Below are positions 28,001-39,586 of a stretch of DNA of 64,000 nt, piece by piece. The translations under genes and the position numbers were made by a program. Position 1 is the stretch's first letter. Every line of letters begins with the position of its first letter. The notes under the pieces were generated by a model. That model ran no database searches. It saw only the letters and a list, made by a program, of their open reading frames with translations, and had not been told where the DNA came from. The stretch is from Gemmatimonas sp. (GTDB lineage: Bacteria; Gemmatimonadota; Gemmatimonadetes; Gemmatimonadales; Gemmatimonadaceae): assembly GCA_031414535.1 (NCBI GenBank), contig JANNVQ010000030.1:96001-160000 (forward strand), written 5' to 3'.

Positions 28001-28386
28001 CAGGTAAACGGAGGGGTGGTGTTGGACGTCACGCGATCTATCCACACGGTGTCGGGCTTGATAGCTGTGTTGGTGGGTACGATGATGATCCGCACGCGCG
28101 TCACGCTGCCGCTAACGGCCGTGGTACTGACGCAACGCTGGTGCGAGAACTGGGGCCAAGTTGTAATCGTCGTGCAGCCCACGGTGCCGGCGATACTGGC
28201 CCGCGGCATGGCGGAATACATGTCAATGGATTGCGTGAGGGCCGCCGCGCGCGATGAGCCTACCGCCGCCAAGCGCTGCCGTACGCCGTAGCGCAGGCTG
28301 GCCACCGTGTGCACCGTGGCAATCATGCCAAAGAGCACCAGCGCCACCATCACTTCAATGAGCGAAACGCCGTTGCGAAGCTTCAT
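28000..28386 (-). CDS. PilV-like type IV minor pilin
   Basis: RNG|VSLIEVMVAL prepilin motif. Confidence 0.8.
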   Translation of the reverse strand: MKLRNGVSLIEVMVALVLFGMIATVHTVASLRYGVRQRLAAVGSSRAAALTQSIDMYSAMPRASIAGTVGCTTITTWPQFSHQRCVSTTAVSGSVTRVRIIIVPTNTAIKPDTVWIDRVTSNTTPPFT

Positions 28387-28388
28387 GG

Positions 28389-28847
28389 TCACTGCCTCCG
28401 GATGATGCCTGCGGTGCTACGCGTCACAGTTTTTGTGACGCCACCCCCGGTCACCGTCACCGTCAGTGCTGCGTTCGCACGCCCAGTTGGGAAAATCGTG
28501 ATGCCCGCGCTGGGATTGAGCGAAAGCGTCGCCCCGACATCGCTCGCCGCGTCGAACAGCCGCGACTTCACTGCGACGCCGCTCGACCTGAGGTTGATGC
28601 GGAAGGCCGAAGATGCAAAGGTCACCGTCACCGGCACGCCCTGCCGGCGGGAAATCTGCCCCGCCTCGTCGAGCATGCCTTGGACGATGAACGCCGCCCG
28701 GTTCACCCGGTCGCGGCTGATGCTCCGTCCGACTTTGGGCAACGCGGTCGCCAACAATACGCCAATGATCACGATCACGAGGAGCAACTCGATGAGCGTG
28801 AACCCACGTCGCCTCGCGACCACATTGTCGGCACGAATCGCTACCAC
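28389..28847 (-). CDS. FimT/FimU (GspH)-like type IV minor pilin
   Basis: RRG|FTLIELLLVIVI, ITIFPTGRA and C-terminal TAGII; AGGAG ribosome-binding site. Confidence 0.85.
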   Translation of the reverse strand: MVAIRADNVVARRRGFTLIELLLVIVIIGVLLATALPKVGRSISRDRVNRAAFIVQGMLDEAGQISRRQGVPVTVTFASSAFRINLRSSGVAVKSRLFDAASDVGATLSLNPSAGITIFPTGRANAALTVTVTGGGVTKTVTRSTAGIIRRQ

Positions 28848-28919
28848 TGCATACTCCTGGATGGTCTTGAGATACAGACGACCGGCGCCAGTCGCCAGTC
28901 ATACATCACAGTGTGATGC

Positions 28920-29948
28920 TCAGTCGGCCAGAGCGCCAGTCTCCAGAAGGTGACGCGCCTCACCAAGCACCCGCTCCTCCACCTCACTCGCCCCCCCAGC
29001 CAGAAGGGCGCCGGAGGCCCGGGCGTGCCCGCCGCCGCCAAAGGACCGAGCCAAGGTGTTCACGTTCACCCCCGCCACGCTACGGAAGGACACCTTCACC
29101 TTGCCGTGACCTAGGTCGCGAAACATCACCGCCAGGCGGACTCCCGCGATGCTGCGCGGATACTCGGATATGCCGTCGAGGTCCTCGGATGAGACCTGGT
29201 GCTTCTCGAGCGCGCCTGCGGCAATGCGAACCCAAGCCATGCCGTGCGACATGTCCGTCTGGAGGGTCTCCAGCGCATCGCGCAGCAAGTGCAGGCGTCC
29301 CAGCGGGACGCTTCCATAAATACGCTGATACATCTGCTCCGGGTCCACACCCGCCGTGAGCAGGTCGGCCGCGACCGCCAGGCAGCGGGGCGAGGTGTTG
29401 CCGAACCGGAAGCCGCCCGTGTCCGTCACCAGCGAGGTATACAGCGACTTGGCGATGGCCGTCGTGATAGAAAGACCGCGCTCCTTGGCAAAGTCGTACA
29501 CGAGCTCGGCGGTCGCGCAGGCTGCCGTGTCACTGAGCATCGTCTTGCCCGGCGGCTCGTTGCCTGGGAGGTGATGATCAATCACAAGGGCGTCCTGCGG
29601 CATCGAGCGCACCGCCTCGGCCAAGTTGCCAAGGCGGCCGAGGTCAGAAATGTCGAGCACGATGACGCGGTCCGTCTTCTTGAGGGCCGTGGCGCCTTCC
29701 GCCGAACGGTCCTCCACGTCATCGCCAAGCAACCAGCGAAACAACTCCGGCCACGGCGTGGGATTCACAATGATCGCGCGGATACCCATCTGGCCCAAGA
29801 GCCGCGCGAAGGCCGTCTGCGATCCGCAGCCATCGCCGTCGGCATTGATGTGCGTCGAGAGTGCAACGGTCATCCCCGGCCGCAGCTCCGCCGCAAGGCG
29901 GGCGATGGCCTCTCGGCGTGCGGCGGGGACAATCAACAGATCGGTCAT
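28920..29948 (-). CDS. nrnA: DHH-family nanoRNase / pAp phosphatase (NrnA-like)
   Basis: HINADGDG, IDHH, TDTGGF, KVSFRS and GGGGHARASG motifs. Confidence 0.9.
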   Translation of the reverse strand: MTDLLIVPAARREAIARLAAELRPGMTVALSTHINADGDGCGSQTAFARLLGQMGIRAIIVNPTPWPELFRWLLGDDVEDRSAEGATALKKTDRVIVLDISDLGRLGNLAEAVRSMPQDALVIDHHLPGNEPPGKTMLSDTAACATAELVYDFAKERGLSITTAIAKSLYTSLVTDTGGFRFGNTSPRCLAVAADLLTAGVDPEQMYQRIYGSVPLGRLHLLRDALETLQTDMSHGMAWVRIAAGALEKHQVSSEDLDGISEYPRSIAGVRLAVMFRDLGHGKVKVSFRSVAGVNVNTLARSFGGGGHARASGALLAGGASEVEERVLGEARHLLETGALAD

Positions 29949-31411
29949 GCGTCCTTAAGCTTGGAGTGCGTGCGGCCGTAGGCGAAGTAAATCACGAGGC
30001 CAATGCCCATCCAGATGGCCAGGCGATACCAGGTGTCCTTCGGCAGCGAGTACATGAGGTAACCACAGACCACGAGACCGCCAATCGGCACGAACGGCAC
30101 GAGCGGCGTGCGGAACGGACGCTTGAGCTCAGGACGCTTGTAGCGCAGCACCAAGATGCCCGCGCAGACGATCATGAAGGCGAACAGGGTGCCGATGGAC
30201 ACCAGGTGCCCAAGAATGCCAATCGGAAAGAGGCCGGCGAAGAACGCAGCGAACGCGCCGGTGATAATCGTCGCGAGCCAGGGCGTCTTGAACTTGGGAT
30301 GCACCTTGCCAAAAATGGGCGGCAGCAAGCCATCGCGGGACATCGCGTAGAAGATGCGCGGCTGGCCCATGAGCATCACGAGCACCACCGAGGCAAGCCC
30401 CGCGATGGCACCGATGTTCGTGAGATACTTGAGCCAGGCCAGCGAAGGACCGGCCGCGTCGAGCGCCACATAGACGGGTTCCGCCACATCGAGTTGCGGG
30501 TAGGGCACCATACCGGTCATCACGAGCGCCATCAGGATGTAGAGCACGGTGCACACGGCGAGCGACGCGAGAATGCCAATGGGCAGATCGCGCTGCGGAT
30601 TCTTCGCTTCTTGCGCCGCCGTCGAGACCGCATCAAATCCGATGTAGGCAAAGAAGATCACGCCCGCACCGGCGAAGATGCCGCTCCATCCAAACTTTCC
30701 GTCGAGCAGGTTGCCCGCGTCGTCGGTGAGTTGCTGCGGAATGAAGGGGCTCCAGTTGGCCGCATCCACGTAGAAGAAGCCAAAGCCAATCACGAGCAGC
30801 ACGATGCCAACCTTCACAAACACGATGGCGTTGTTGAGCTTGGCTGATTCCCTGATGCCCACCACCAGCAGCACGGTCATCGCAATCACCAGCAGCACGG
30901 CGGGCAAGTTCACGATCGCGCCAGTGCGTACGATGGTGTGCGTGCCTTCGAGCGTGAACGGCGCCGTGGTCAAGGACGTCGGCAAGTTCAAGCCGAGGTC
31001 GCGCAAGAACTGCGTGAAGTAGCCAGACCAGCCCACCGCCACGGTGGACGCCGCGAACAGGTATTCGAGGATGAGGTCCCAGCCGATAATCCAGGCGAGG
31101 AGCTCACCGAGCGTCGCGTAGCCATAGGTGTACGCAGAGCCGGCAATCGGAATCATCGACGCGAACTCCGCATAGCAGAGCCCCGCGAACGCGCAGCCGA
31201 GTCCGGCAATGAGGAACGAGATGACAATGGCGGGGCCCGCGTGCTGTGCGGCCGCCGTACCCGTCAACACGAAGATGCCCGCGCCGATGATGGCACCGAT
31301 ACCCAGCAACGTGAGGTTCGTCGCCGTGAGCGAGCGCTTGAGCGTGTTCTCGCCCTCCCCGCTCGCTTCCTGCATCAGGATTGAGAGGGGTTTGGTGGTC
31401 CATAGTCCCAT
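29945..31411 (-). CDS. APC-family amino acid permease
   Basis: GIGAIIGAGIFV, CYAEFAS..P.AGSAY, FFAYIGFD and QPRIFYAMSRDGLLP motifs. Confidence 0.95.
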   Translation of the reverse strand: MGLWTTKPLSILMQEASGEGENTLKRSLTATNLTLLGIGAIIGAGIFVLTGTAAAQHAGPAIVISFLIAGLGCAFAGLCYAEFASMIPIAGSAYTYGYATLGELLAWIIGWDLILEYLFAASTVAVGWSGYFTQFLRDLGLNLPTSLTTAPFTLEGTHTIVRTGAIVNLPAVLLVIAMTVLLVVGIRESAKLNNAIVFVKVGIVLLVIGFGFFYVDAANWSPFIPQQLTDDAGNLLDGKFGWSGIFAGAGVIFFAYIGFDAVSTAAQEAKNPQRDLPIGILASLAVCTVLYILMALVMTGMVPYPQLDVAEPVYVALDAAGPSLAWLKYLTNIGAIAGLASVVLVMLMGQPRIFYAMSRDGLLPPIFGKVHPKFKTPWLATIITGAFAAFFAGLFPIGILGHLVSIGTLFAFMIVCAGILVLRYKRPELKRPFRTPLVPFVPIGGLVVCGYLMYSLPKDTWYRLAIWMGIGLVIYFAYGRTHSKLKDA

Positions 31412-31413
31412 GG

Positions 31414-32886
<1,473 letters not shown>

Positions 32887-32959
32887 TCAAGCTAATCGTG
32901 CGGGTAGGGCAATTTCCAGCCAAAGACCGCAGCGATTGAAGTGGCTTGCTAGGGTTGCT

Positions 32960-33340
32960 TTAGGGTTGCTCGGGCTCGGAACCTGGTGCGGGCGGCGGGG
33001 TCGGCGCAGGCGGGCTGGTGCTGGGCCCCGCGGGCTTGGCACTCGCCGTGCCGACGATGTCGCTCGCCACGGAGGCACCGGCAGCTGCCACTCCGCTCAA
33101 CACGCCCATCGCCTTGCTCATGAAGCCCATCGCCTCTGCCACGGTAGACGCCGAGAGGTTACCGGCGCGCAGGGTGTCTTCCACACCCTCCGCAAAACGC
33201 TGCAAGACGTTCGGCGCGGGCGCCTGACGCTGCGCGTACTTGGACTCAAGGAACTCGACGTAGTCGAGCACCTGATACAGCCGGTCTTCGGGGAGCGCCT
33301 CAAGGCGGCGCAGGATACGGTCGCGCAGAATCTCGTGCAT
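32960..33340 (-). CDS. small conserved protein (DUF2281-like N-terminus, Pro-rich tail)
   Basis: [22 protein letters not shown] resembles DUF2281; typical codon usage; TAGCTT box 6 nt upstream. Confidence 0.65.
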   Translation of the reverse strand: MHEILRDRILRRLEALPEDRLYQVLDYVEFLESKYAQRQAPAPNVLQRFAEGVEDTLRAGNLSASTVAEAMGFMSKAMGVLSGVAAAGASVASDIVGTASAKPAGPSTSPPAPTPPPAPGSEPEQP

Positions 33341-33349
33341 GCCTTGAAG

Positions 33350-34243
33350 CTACTGCAGTCCCCAGCGGGCGCGCTCGCCTCGGGCGTCCACGTGCACGAA
33401 GGGGCCCGCGAGCCCGGTGCTCCGATACACGCCAATGCCGCCCACGAGTTCTGGGTGGGCCGCCTCGACGGCGAGCACAATTCGCACGAGGTACCGGGCG
33501 TCGGCAATATCCACCCGCCCGTCGCGCGTCAGGTCGTCCATGCGGCCGTCACGATTGGCGTCCACCACAATGTCCGCGGCGTCGCCATACTGGTGCCGTG
33601 ATTCCGGAGCCCGGGCAGTGCGCGCATTGGCGAGCGTCACGGAAGGAGAGCGGAACGCAGACATCACCTTGAGTCGCGGGGCGGCGAATCCCGAGTCCGC
33701 CAACGCTTGAATGATGAGTTCCAGCTTATCCACTAATCTCAGGTCGAGCACCAACGGCTTGGGCCAAACCTCTCGCTGGCTACGCTCCGACAGAAACTCA
33801 CCCAGGCTGAAGTGCGCGGAAATGGCCAGCGACTGAATTTCGGGCGTGACTTCGATGAAGCCGACGGGCAATCGGTACAAGGGCGACAGCGGCGCGTGGC
33901 GCTCAGCCGGCCAGCGTCCGACTCGGAATGTCCCGACCCGCCCGTTGTGCTTCTCTGAGAAGGGCAGGAGTGAAATAAAGTGGAACAGCGACTTCGTGCT
34001 TGAGTCGGGGATGCTCCAAACGGCTGGTAACGGCGACCCACCCGCCGCTACCGCCTCGCTGTCGGCCGGCGCGAGAAGGATCGCCACCCTCAGCTCGCCG
34101 CTCCGTCCCCGAAGAGAATCCGGGATGGTCAGAACCGTGTCCGCCGCGGGGCTGCGCTCGCTAGCGAGGGTCGGGGATACCGATCCCCCAGCCGCAGCAA
34201 GGGCGAGCAATAGAAATAGAGCGAGTGCTCTCGGGCGACGCAT
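33350..34243 (-). CDS. exported peptidase M15A-like (D-Ala-D-Ala) zinc peptidase
   Basis: [17 protein letters not shown] (H-x6-D) and FVHVDARG motifs; signal peptide. Confidence 0.8.
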   Translation of the reverse strand: MRRPRALALFLLLALAAAGGSVSPTLASERSPAADTVLTIPDSLRGRSGELRVAILLAPADSEAVAAGGSPLPAVWSIPDSSTKSLFHFISLLPFSEKHNGRVGTFRVGRWPAERHAPLSPLYRLPVGFIEVTPEIQSLAISAHFSLGEFLSERSQREVWPKPLVLDLRLVDKLELIIQALADSGFAAPRLKVMSAFRSPSVTLANARTARAPESRHQYGDAADIVVDANRDGRMDDLTRDGRVDIADARYLVRIVLAVEAAHPELVGGIGVYRSTGLAGPFVHVDARGERARWGLQ

Positions 34244-34334
34244 CCCGATAAAAGTACACTTGCCCCGACACTCGGCGGGAGTGCGAGAACTATACACCTA
34301 GCACGAGATCCTATACTAACCTTTCGGTCAGTTA

Positions 34335-35438
34335 CTACTTCTTTACGAACGAAATCAACTCAAGGATTGGCGCGCCAGTCGGATTTGATCGTCCCGTTCT
34401 TACCCGAGCGGTCAGGATTATATGTGTGAGTGGAGAAATCGCTCGCGATTGCGAGATAAGACCTTGTGGGACAGTCACATACACCGTCGCGTTCTCGCCA
34501 GCTGGACCCATGGTCAATAGAAACGGCTCGTCCACGGCCATGTCGCGGCGAAGCGGATCGGCCAGCTGCATTCCTATGACCTGAACTTCCCAGCGTACGA
34601 CCTTTCCTTTGTGAGCGTCTGGGGCAGCCCGAAGATCCGCTGCGGTCAGGTTGGCTCCGTAGCCCGAGTCGGCCGGAACGAACAAGGACTCGGGCACCCA
34701 GGCCTCGACCTGCACCTTCACCCATCCGCGCTCACGCGCCAGAGGAGACACCACAGCGCCGGCGGACAGGGTGCCAATGTTCGTCCCGCCAATTCCCCTA
34801 TGCAGCGGGACTGCGCTTTGCGCTTGTAGCGAGCCGGCCGCTTGCCCACGACTGGAGGTCTCTGTCGCGGCGCTTGGCGCCACAGGGGCTGATGGAGACT
34901 GAACCGGGGGACGCGCCGCCGCTTGCGGCCGTTGAGCCGGCGCAGTTGCGGGTGCCGTGGCCGGTCGGCTCGATGGGGGATTTGCCGAACGGTTGGGTGT
35001 GGACGTGGCCGCACCGGACGCGGCGACCGTCACGGCAATGGCCGAGCTCGGGACCCAAACCTCTCGGCGAACCCGAGCCCACGTTTCGCGGGTTTCGATG
35101 ACGCGAAGCCCCGCGCCCGCGCGGAAGCTGCCAAGAATCCGCCCCTGGAGGGACGGCGTCTCGCGAATTCGCAGGGTCTGCGTGCCTCCGATTGTAGCCG
35201 GAAAGGAGTCCCGCGCCGCGCCAAATCGGGAGTTGTCCACCCAGGCGGTAATCACCACGGAGGTGAATCCTTCACGGGTGCGCCCAGTGGTCCAGGTGGT
35301 GCCGGAGCGCAGTTGCGCCACGACGCTGCCGCCCGGCGAGGCGCGCACGTCGGTGTCGGCGGTGATGCGACCCTGCTGACCCGCGAGCGGGAGAGCGGTC
35401 GAGACGAGCAGAACGAAAAGGCGGCGCAGGAGGCGCAT
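34335..35438 (-). CDS. secreted SH3b-repeat protein with Pro/Ala linker
   Basis: Signal peptide; three SH3-like repeats (VRASPGG, IRETPS..GRILG, RERGWVKVQVEAWV). Confidence 0.7.
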   Translation of the reverse strand: MRLLRRLFVLLVSTALPLAGQQGRITADTDVRASPGGSVVAQLRSGTTWTTGRTREGFTSVVITAWVDNSRFGAARDSFPATIGGTQTLRIRETPSLQGRILGSFRAGAGLRVIETRETWARVRREVWVPSSAIAVTVAASGAATSTPNRSANPPSSRPATAPATAPAQRPQAAARPPVQSPSAPVAPSAATETSSRGQAAGSLQAQSAVPLHRGIGGTNIGTLSAGAVVSPLARERGWVKVQVEAWVPESLFVPADSGYGANLTAADLRAAPDAHKGKVVRWEVQVIGMQLADPLRRDMAVDEPFLLTMGPAGENATVYVTVPQGLISQSRAISPLTHIILTARVRTGRSNPTGAPILELISFVKK

Positions 35439-35544
35439 CGCTGGATGGGGGGCGTGTGCGAGAATAGATTGCGCGAGCGGTTGTGCCGTCTCCACGCGCG
35501 ACGCTGAGATAGAAGTTATTACCCCTCATAGGCAGCGGCCAAGT

Positions 35545-37095
35545 ATGAGTTCCCGGGTTGATCGCCCCGTTGTGCTCGTCGTACTCGACGGGTGGGGTTA
35601 TCGTGAGTCCCTTGAAGGCAACGCAGTCCGGCTGGCGAGCACCCCAACGTGGGACCGCCTCTGGGCGCGTGCGCCGCGCACGCTGCTCTCGGCCAGCGGC
35701 CTCGCGGTCGGCCTCCCCGAGGGGCAGATGGGCAACTCCGAGGTGGGCCATCTCAATCTCGGCGCCGGACGCGTGGTCATGCAGGACTTGGTGCGCATCG
35801 CCGAGTCCATCAAGAGCGGGACCTGGTACCGCAATGAGGCCCTGCGCTCCGCCTGCGCGCGGCTACGCGGAACCGACAACACCCTGCATCTGCTGGGCCT
35901 TGTGGGCGATGGCGGCGTGCACGGTCACGACGAGCACCTGCTTGCCCTCGTGGAACTGGCCGTGCGCGAGCAAGTGCCGCGGGTGGCCCTGCACCTCATG
36001 CTTGATGGACGCGATACGCTCCCGAAGTCGGCGCTGGGCTATGTGCGCGCGCTCCTCGAGAAGACGCGGGGCCGCGCCGAGATCGCGAGCATTGGCGGGC
36101 GCTACTTCGGGATGGATCGCGATCAGCGCTGGACGCGCACGGAGAAGTGCTTCAACGCGGCGGTTCGCGGCACGGGCCCAGCCACATCAGATCCACTGGC
36201 CTTCATCCAAGGCAATTACGAGCGCAACGTCACGGATGAATTCATGGAGCCGGCGGTGGTGATGCGGGATGGACAACCCGTGGCGCCGATGCGCGATGGT
36301 GATTCCCTCATCGCGTGGAATTTCCGATCGGACCGCATGCGGCAGATGACCCGCGCGCTGGCAATCTCCGGTTTTGACGGCTTCGACGTACGCGATCGGC
36401 CCCGCCTGCATGTGGCCACGATGACGCAGTATGACCAGACCTTCGGATTGCCGGTGGCCTTTGAGCCATTCTCGATGGCGAAGATCGTGGCCGAAGTGCT
36501 GGACGAGGCGGGTATGACGACGCTGCGCACGGCGGAAACCGAGAAGTATCCGCACGTGACGTACTTTTTTAACGGCGGCAACGAAGTGCCATACCGCGGT
36601 GAAGAGCGTTTGCTGGTGCCGAGCCAGAAGGTGGTGACCTACGATTTGATGCCAGAAATGAGCGCGCCGGGTATCACGGACGTGCTGTGCAAGTCCATTG
36701 AGGCGAAGTCGCATCACTTCACGCTCTGCAACTACGCCAACGGCGATATGGTCGGCCACAGCGGGAACATGGCCGCCACCATCCGCGCCTGCGAAGTGGT
36801 GGACGAGCAGTTGGCGCGCGTCGTTGCGTCGGCGGAGAAGTCCGGGGCGCGCCTCCTCATCACGGCAGACCACGGCAATTGCGAAATGATGATTGATCCC
36901 CAGACTGGTGGCCCGCACACGGCGCACACCACGAACCCTGTTCCCTTCCTCCTCGTCGAGGATGGAGAGTCGGTGGCCCTGCGCAGCGGCGGTGCGCTCT
37001 GCGATGTGGGCCCCACCGTGCTTTCCCTGCTCGGCGTCGAGCGGCCGTCGGAAATGACGGGCCGCGACCTGCGCCTTATTGGAGTCACCGCGTGA
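35545..37095 (+). CDS. gpmI: 2,3-bisphosphoglycerate-independent phosphoglycerate mutase
   Basis: LDGWG, GQMGNSEVGH, DGRD, GRYFGMDRD, AETEKYPHVTYF and TADHGN motifs. Confidence 0.98.
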   Translation: MSSRVDRPVVLVVLDGWGYRESLEGNAVRLASTPTWDRLWARAPRTLLSASGLAVGLPEGQMGNSEVGHLNLGAGRVVMQDLVRIAESIKSGTWYRNEALRSACARLRGTDNTLHLLGLVGDGGVHGHDEHLLALVELAVREQVPRVALHLMLDGRDTLPKSALGYVRALLEKTRGRAEIASIGGRYFGMDRDQRWTRTEKCFNAAVRGTGPATSDPLAFIQGNYERNVTDEFMEPAVVMRDGQPVAPMRDGDSLIAWNFRSDRMRQMTRALAISGFDGFDVRDRPRLHVATMTQYDQTFGLPVAFEPFSMAKIVAEVLDEAGMTTLRTAETEKYPHVTYFFNGGNEVPYRGEERLLVPSQKVVTYDLMPEMSAPGITDVLCKSIEAKSHHFTLCNYANGDMVGHSGNMAATIRACEVVDEQLARVVASAEKSGARLLITADHGNCEMMIDPQTGGPHTAHTTNPVPFLLVEDGESVALRSGGALCDVGPTVLSLLGVERPSEMTGRDLRLIGVTA

Positions 37096-37796
37096 GCGTT
37101 CGCCTGCGTAGCATCTTCGTCATCCTGCTTCTTGCCATCACGGCGCCGCTCTCGGCACAGGTGGTGGGTCACCTGCCGGAGCAGAGTCCGTTCACGGACG
37201 CTACCGGGCGTCACATCTTCACGGGATACCTCGGCTACCTGTCGAGCGTGGACGATCCAGCGGGTGTGGGGCCCAAGGGCAGCCTGCTCCTCGCGCTCGA
37301 GTACGACTACGATTTTCCGAGTGCGTTTTTTCTGACCTCGCGCGTCGGCCTCGCGCCGCTCGCCGAGCGCAACGTGCTCGACCCACTGTTCACGGGTCCG
37401 CAGCGCGACTTCGGCACGCGATCCGAACCGTTGTTCTTCTTCGAGACCGGCCTCGCGGCCTCGCTCACGGGCGATAAGGCCTGGCGTGGCATCGCACCGC
37501 GCGTGTTCACGAACATCGGCGTCATTGGCTCACTGAATCCCGACTACGACATCGGACAGTATCGCTTCGGTCCCAAGTTCGCCTTCTCCTACGGACTCAA
37601 CATCCGTGGCGTGACGGGCAAGGACTGGGAGTGGCGGGCCGACATCACGCGGCTCAATTACCGGCTCAATTATCCCGGCACCTACCGCGGTGATGGCAGT
37701 GCCACCGACGAATCCGTGATCGGTGACGGCCGCGCGAACCCGTGGGCACCGCAGACGATGCTGTCATTTGGCATCGCGCGAATCTGGGGTCGCTAA
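37092..37796 (+). CDS. hypothetical outer-membrane beta-barrel protein
   Basis: Signal peptide ending LSA-Q, amphipathic strands, aromatic residue near the C-terminus; translationally coupled to gpmI. Confidence 0.65.
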   Translation: MSVRLRSIFVILLLAITAPLSAQVVGHLPEQSPFTDATGRHIFTGYLGYLSSVDDPAGVGPKGSLLLALEYDYDFPSAFFLTSRVGLAPLAERNVLDPLFTGPQRDFGTRSEPLFFFETGLAASLTGDKAWRGIAPRVFTNIGVIGSLNPDYDIGQYRFGPKFAFSYGLNIRGVTGKDWEWRADITRLNYRLNYPGTYRGDGSATDESVIGDGRANPWAPQTMLSFGIARIWGR

Positions 37797-37800
37797 GCAG

Positions 37801-38220
37801 GTGCGCGCCACGCTAACGCGGCGCATCGGCTTCTCGGCGGCGCATCGCTATCGCCGCCCGGAATGGGATGACGTACGCAACGCTGCGGTGTTTGGCGCCT
37901 GTGCGCATCCCAATTGGCACGGCCACACCTACAGCGTGGAGGTGACGGTGGGCGGTGAGATTGACCCCATCACAGGCTTCTGCGCGGATCTCGGCGCGCT
38001 CGATGCCGCGCTGCGCACGGAAGTGTTTGAACGCCTCGACCATCGCAACCTCGTACTCGACGTTCCAGAGTTCGCCGAGGGCAAGGAGATTCCCACGAGC
38101 GAGAATCTCGCGTGGTGGATTGCCCGGCGTGTGCAGCAGGCACTGGGCGAGGCCACGAGGGTGCTACGCGTGCGCGTGGCAGAAGAGCCCGGCCTCTGGG
38201 CCGAAATCGAACCGGGATGA
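37801..38220 (+). CDS. 6-pyruvoyl-tetrahydropterin synthase family protein (C-X5-HGH, PTPS-II-like; often annotated QueD)
   Basis: FSAAH, CAHPNWHGHTY, LDHRNL and PTSENLA motifs. Confidence 0.88.
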   Translation: MRATLTRRIGFSAAHRYRRPEWDDVRNAAVFGACAHPNWHGHTYSVEVTVGGEIDPITGFCADLGALDAALRTEVFERLDHRNLVLDVPEFAEGKEIPTSENLAWWIARRVQQALGEATRVLRVRVAEEPGLWAEIEPG

Positions 38221-38948
38221 TGGACGCGCCGGAGGGCACCTCCCGCCTCGACGCGGTGGACGAGGTCCCCGTCTGGCTTGAAGTCAACGGCGAGCCGGCT
38301 GTCACCTGGATGTGTACGCCGGAGCAACTCCCGGAGCTCGTGGTGGGCTGGTGTTTTGGCGAGGGCTACATAGACGCCAGGAGCGATTTGCTCAGCATGC
38401 GGCCTTGCGCCAAGGAACCGGGCTTTTGGGTGACGGTGCCTGAGGAGCGCTATCAAACCGTCGAGGGTCAGGAGCGAAGGCGCGTCCTCGCGTCGGGCTG
38501 CGGTGCGGTCACGACCATCCTGGGCTCGCTCTCCAATGTGCCGCGTCGCAAGGAACTCCCCAGTATTCCCGATCTCGCGCACACGCGCGTGCTCTTTAAG
38601 GAGCTCTTCGCGCGCGGTGAGCGCTATAAGGACACGGGTGGCATCCACGCGGCCGCGCTGACGGATGGGCAGACGCTATTGGTGCACGCGGAGGACATCG
38701 GTCGGCACAACGCGGTAGATAAAGTCTTGGGTGCGCGCTTGCTGGCAGGTGAGCGCCCCGATGATCTCATCTTGCTGGTGACGGGTCGCATCTCCGGGGA
38801 ACTTGCGTTCAAGGCGGCGCGAGCGCGCATCAGCGTGGTGGCCACGCCGAGCGTACCGAGTTCGATTGCCGTGGACATCGCGAAGGCGGCAGGGATGGTC
38901 TTGATCGGCCGCGCGGTGTCTGGGACTCCGCAGGTGTGGAAGCCGTGA
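38217..38948 (+). CDS. fdhD: formate dehydrogenase accessory sulfurtransferase
   Basis: MCTP, SGCG, TGGIHAAA, EDIGRHNAVDK and TGRIS motifs. Confidence 0.92.
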   Translation: MMDAPEGTSRLDAVDEVPVWLEVNGEPAVTWMCTPEQLPELVVGWCFGEGYIDARSDLLSMRPCAKEPGFWVTVPEERYQTVEGQERRRVLASGCGAVTTILGSLSNVPRRKELPSIPDLAHTRVLFKELFARGERYKDTGGIHAAALTDGQTLLVHAEDIGRHNAVDKVLGARLLAGERPDDLILLVTGRISGELAFKAARARISVVATPSVPSSIAVDIAKAAGMVLIGRAVSGTPQVWKP

Positions 38949-39586
38949 GCTGCACGGGCGTGATTCTCGCTGGCGGCGCGGCGTCTCGCTTTGGCGGGTT
39001 GCCCAAGGGGCTCGAGCGTGTGGACGGGCGGCGCATTATTGATCGCGTGGCAAAGCCCCTTGGCGAAGTCACGGATAGTCTCCTGTTGATTGCTAATGTG
39101 CCCGAGGCGTCTGCATGGCTCGCGGGCGTGCGCACGGCCTCAGATGTGCGAGCGGGGTTGGGCGCGCTTGGTGGTTTGCACGCCGCACTCACGCATGCGG
39201 CCACTGACATTGTCCTTGTGGCCTGGGATATGCCCTTTGTGTCTGCAGCGCTGCTGGGTGAATTGCGACGTATTGGAGAAGGCGGCAAGGACGAAAGCCA
39301 TCACGCCCTGTCATTCATCGAATCACCAGACCTCGTGATCCCCGAGAGCGATGGCTCTCGCCGCGGCGTGGAGCCGCTCTGCGCCTGGTACTCACGGCGC
39401 TGCCTTCCCGCTGTGGAGAACACGCTCGATGCGGGAGACTTACGCGTGATTGGATTCCACGATCAGGTGCGCGTGCAGCGTCTCTCGCTTGCGCGCGTTG
39501 AAGACTTCGGTGCTCCCGCTCGGTTGTTTTCCAACGTGAACACACCGGATGATCTTGCCGCAGCCGCTCGAGTCACACATGCCTGA
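38945..39586 (+). CDS. mobA: molybdenum cofactor guanylyltransferase
   Basis: ILAGGAASRFG..K, GGLHAAL, WDMPF, EPLCAWY and NVNTPDD motifs. Confidence 0.92.
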   Translation: MSCTGVILAGGAASRFGGLPKGLERVDGRRIIDRVAKPLGEVTDSLLLIANVPEASAWLAGVRTASDVRAGLGALGGLHAALTHAATDIVLVAWDMPFVSAALLGELRRIGEGGKDESHHALSFIESPDLVIPESDGSRRGVEPLCAWYSRRCLPAVENTLDAGDLRVIGFHDQVRVQRLSLARVEDFGAPARLFSNVNTPDDLAAAARVTHA

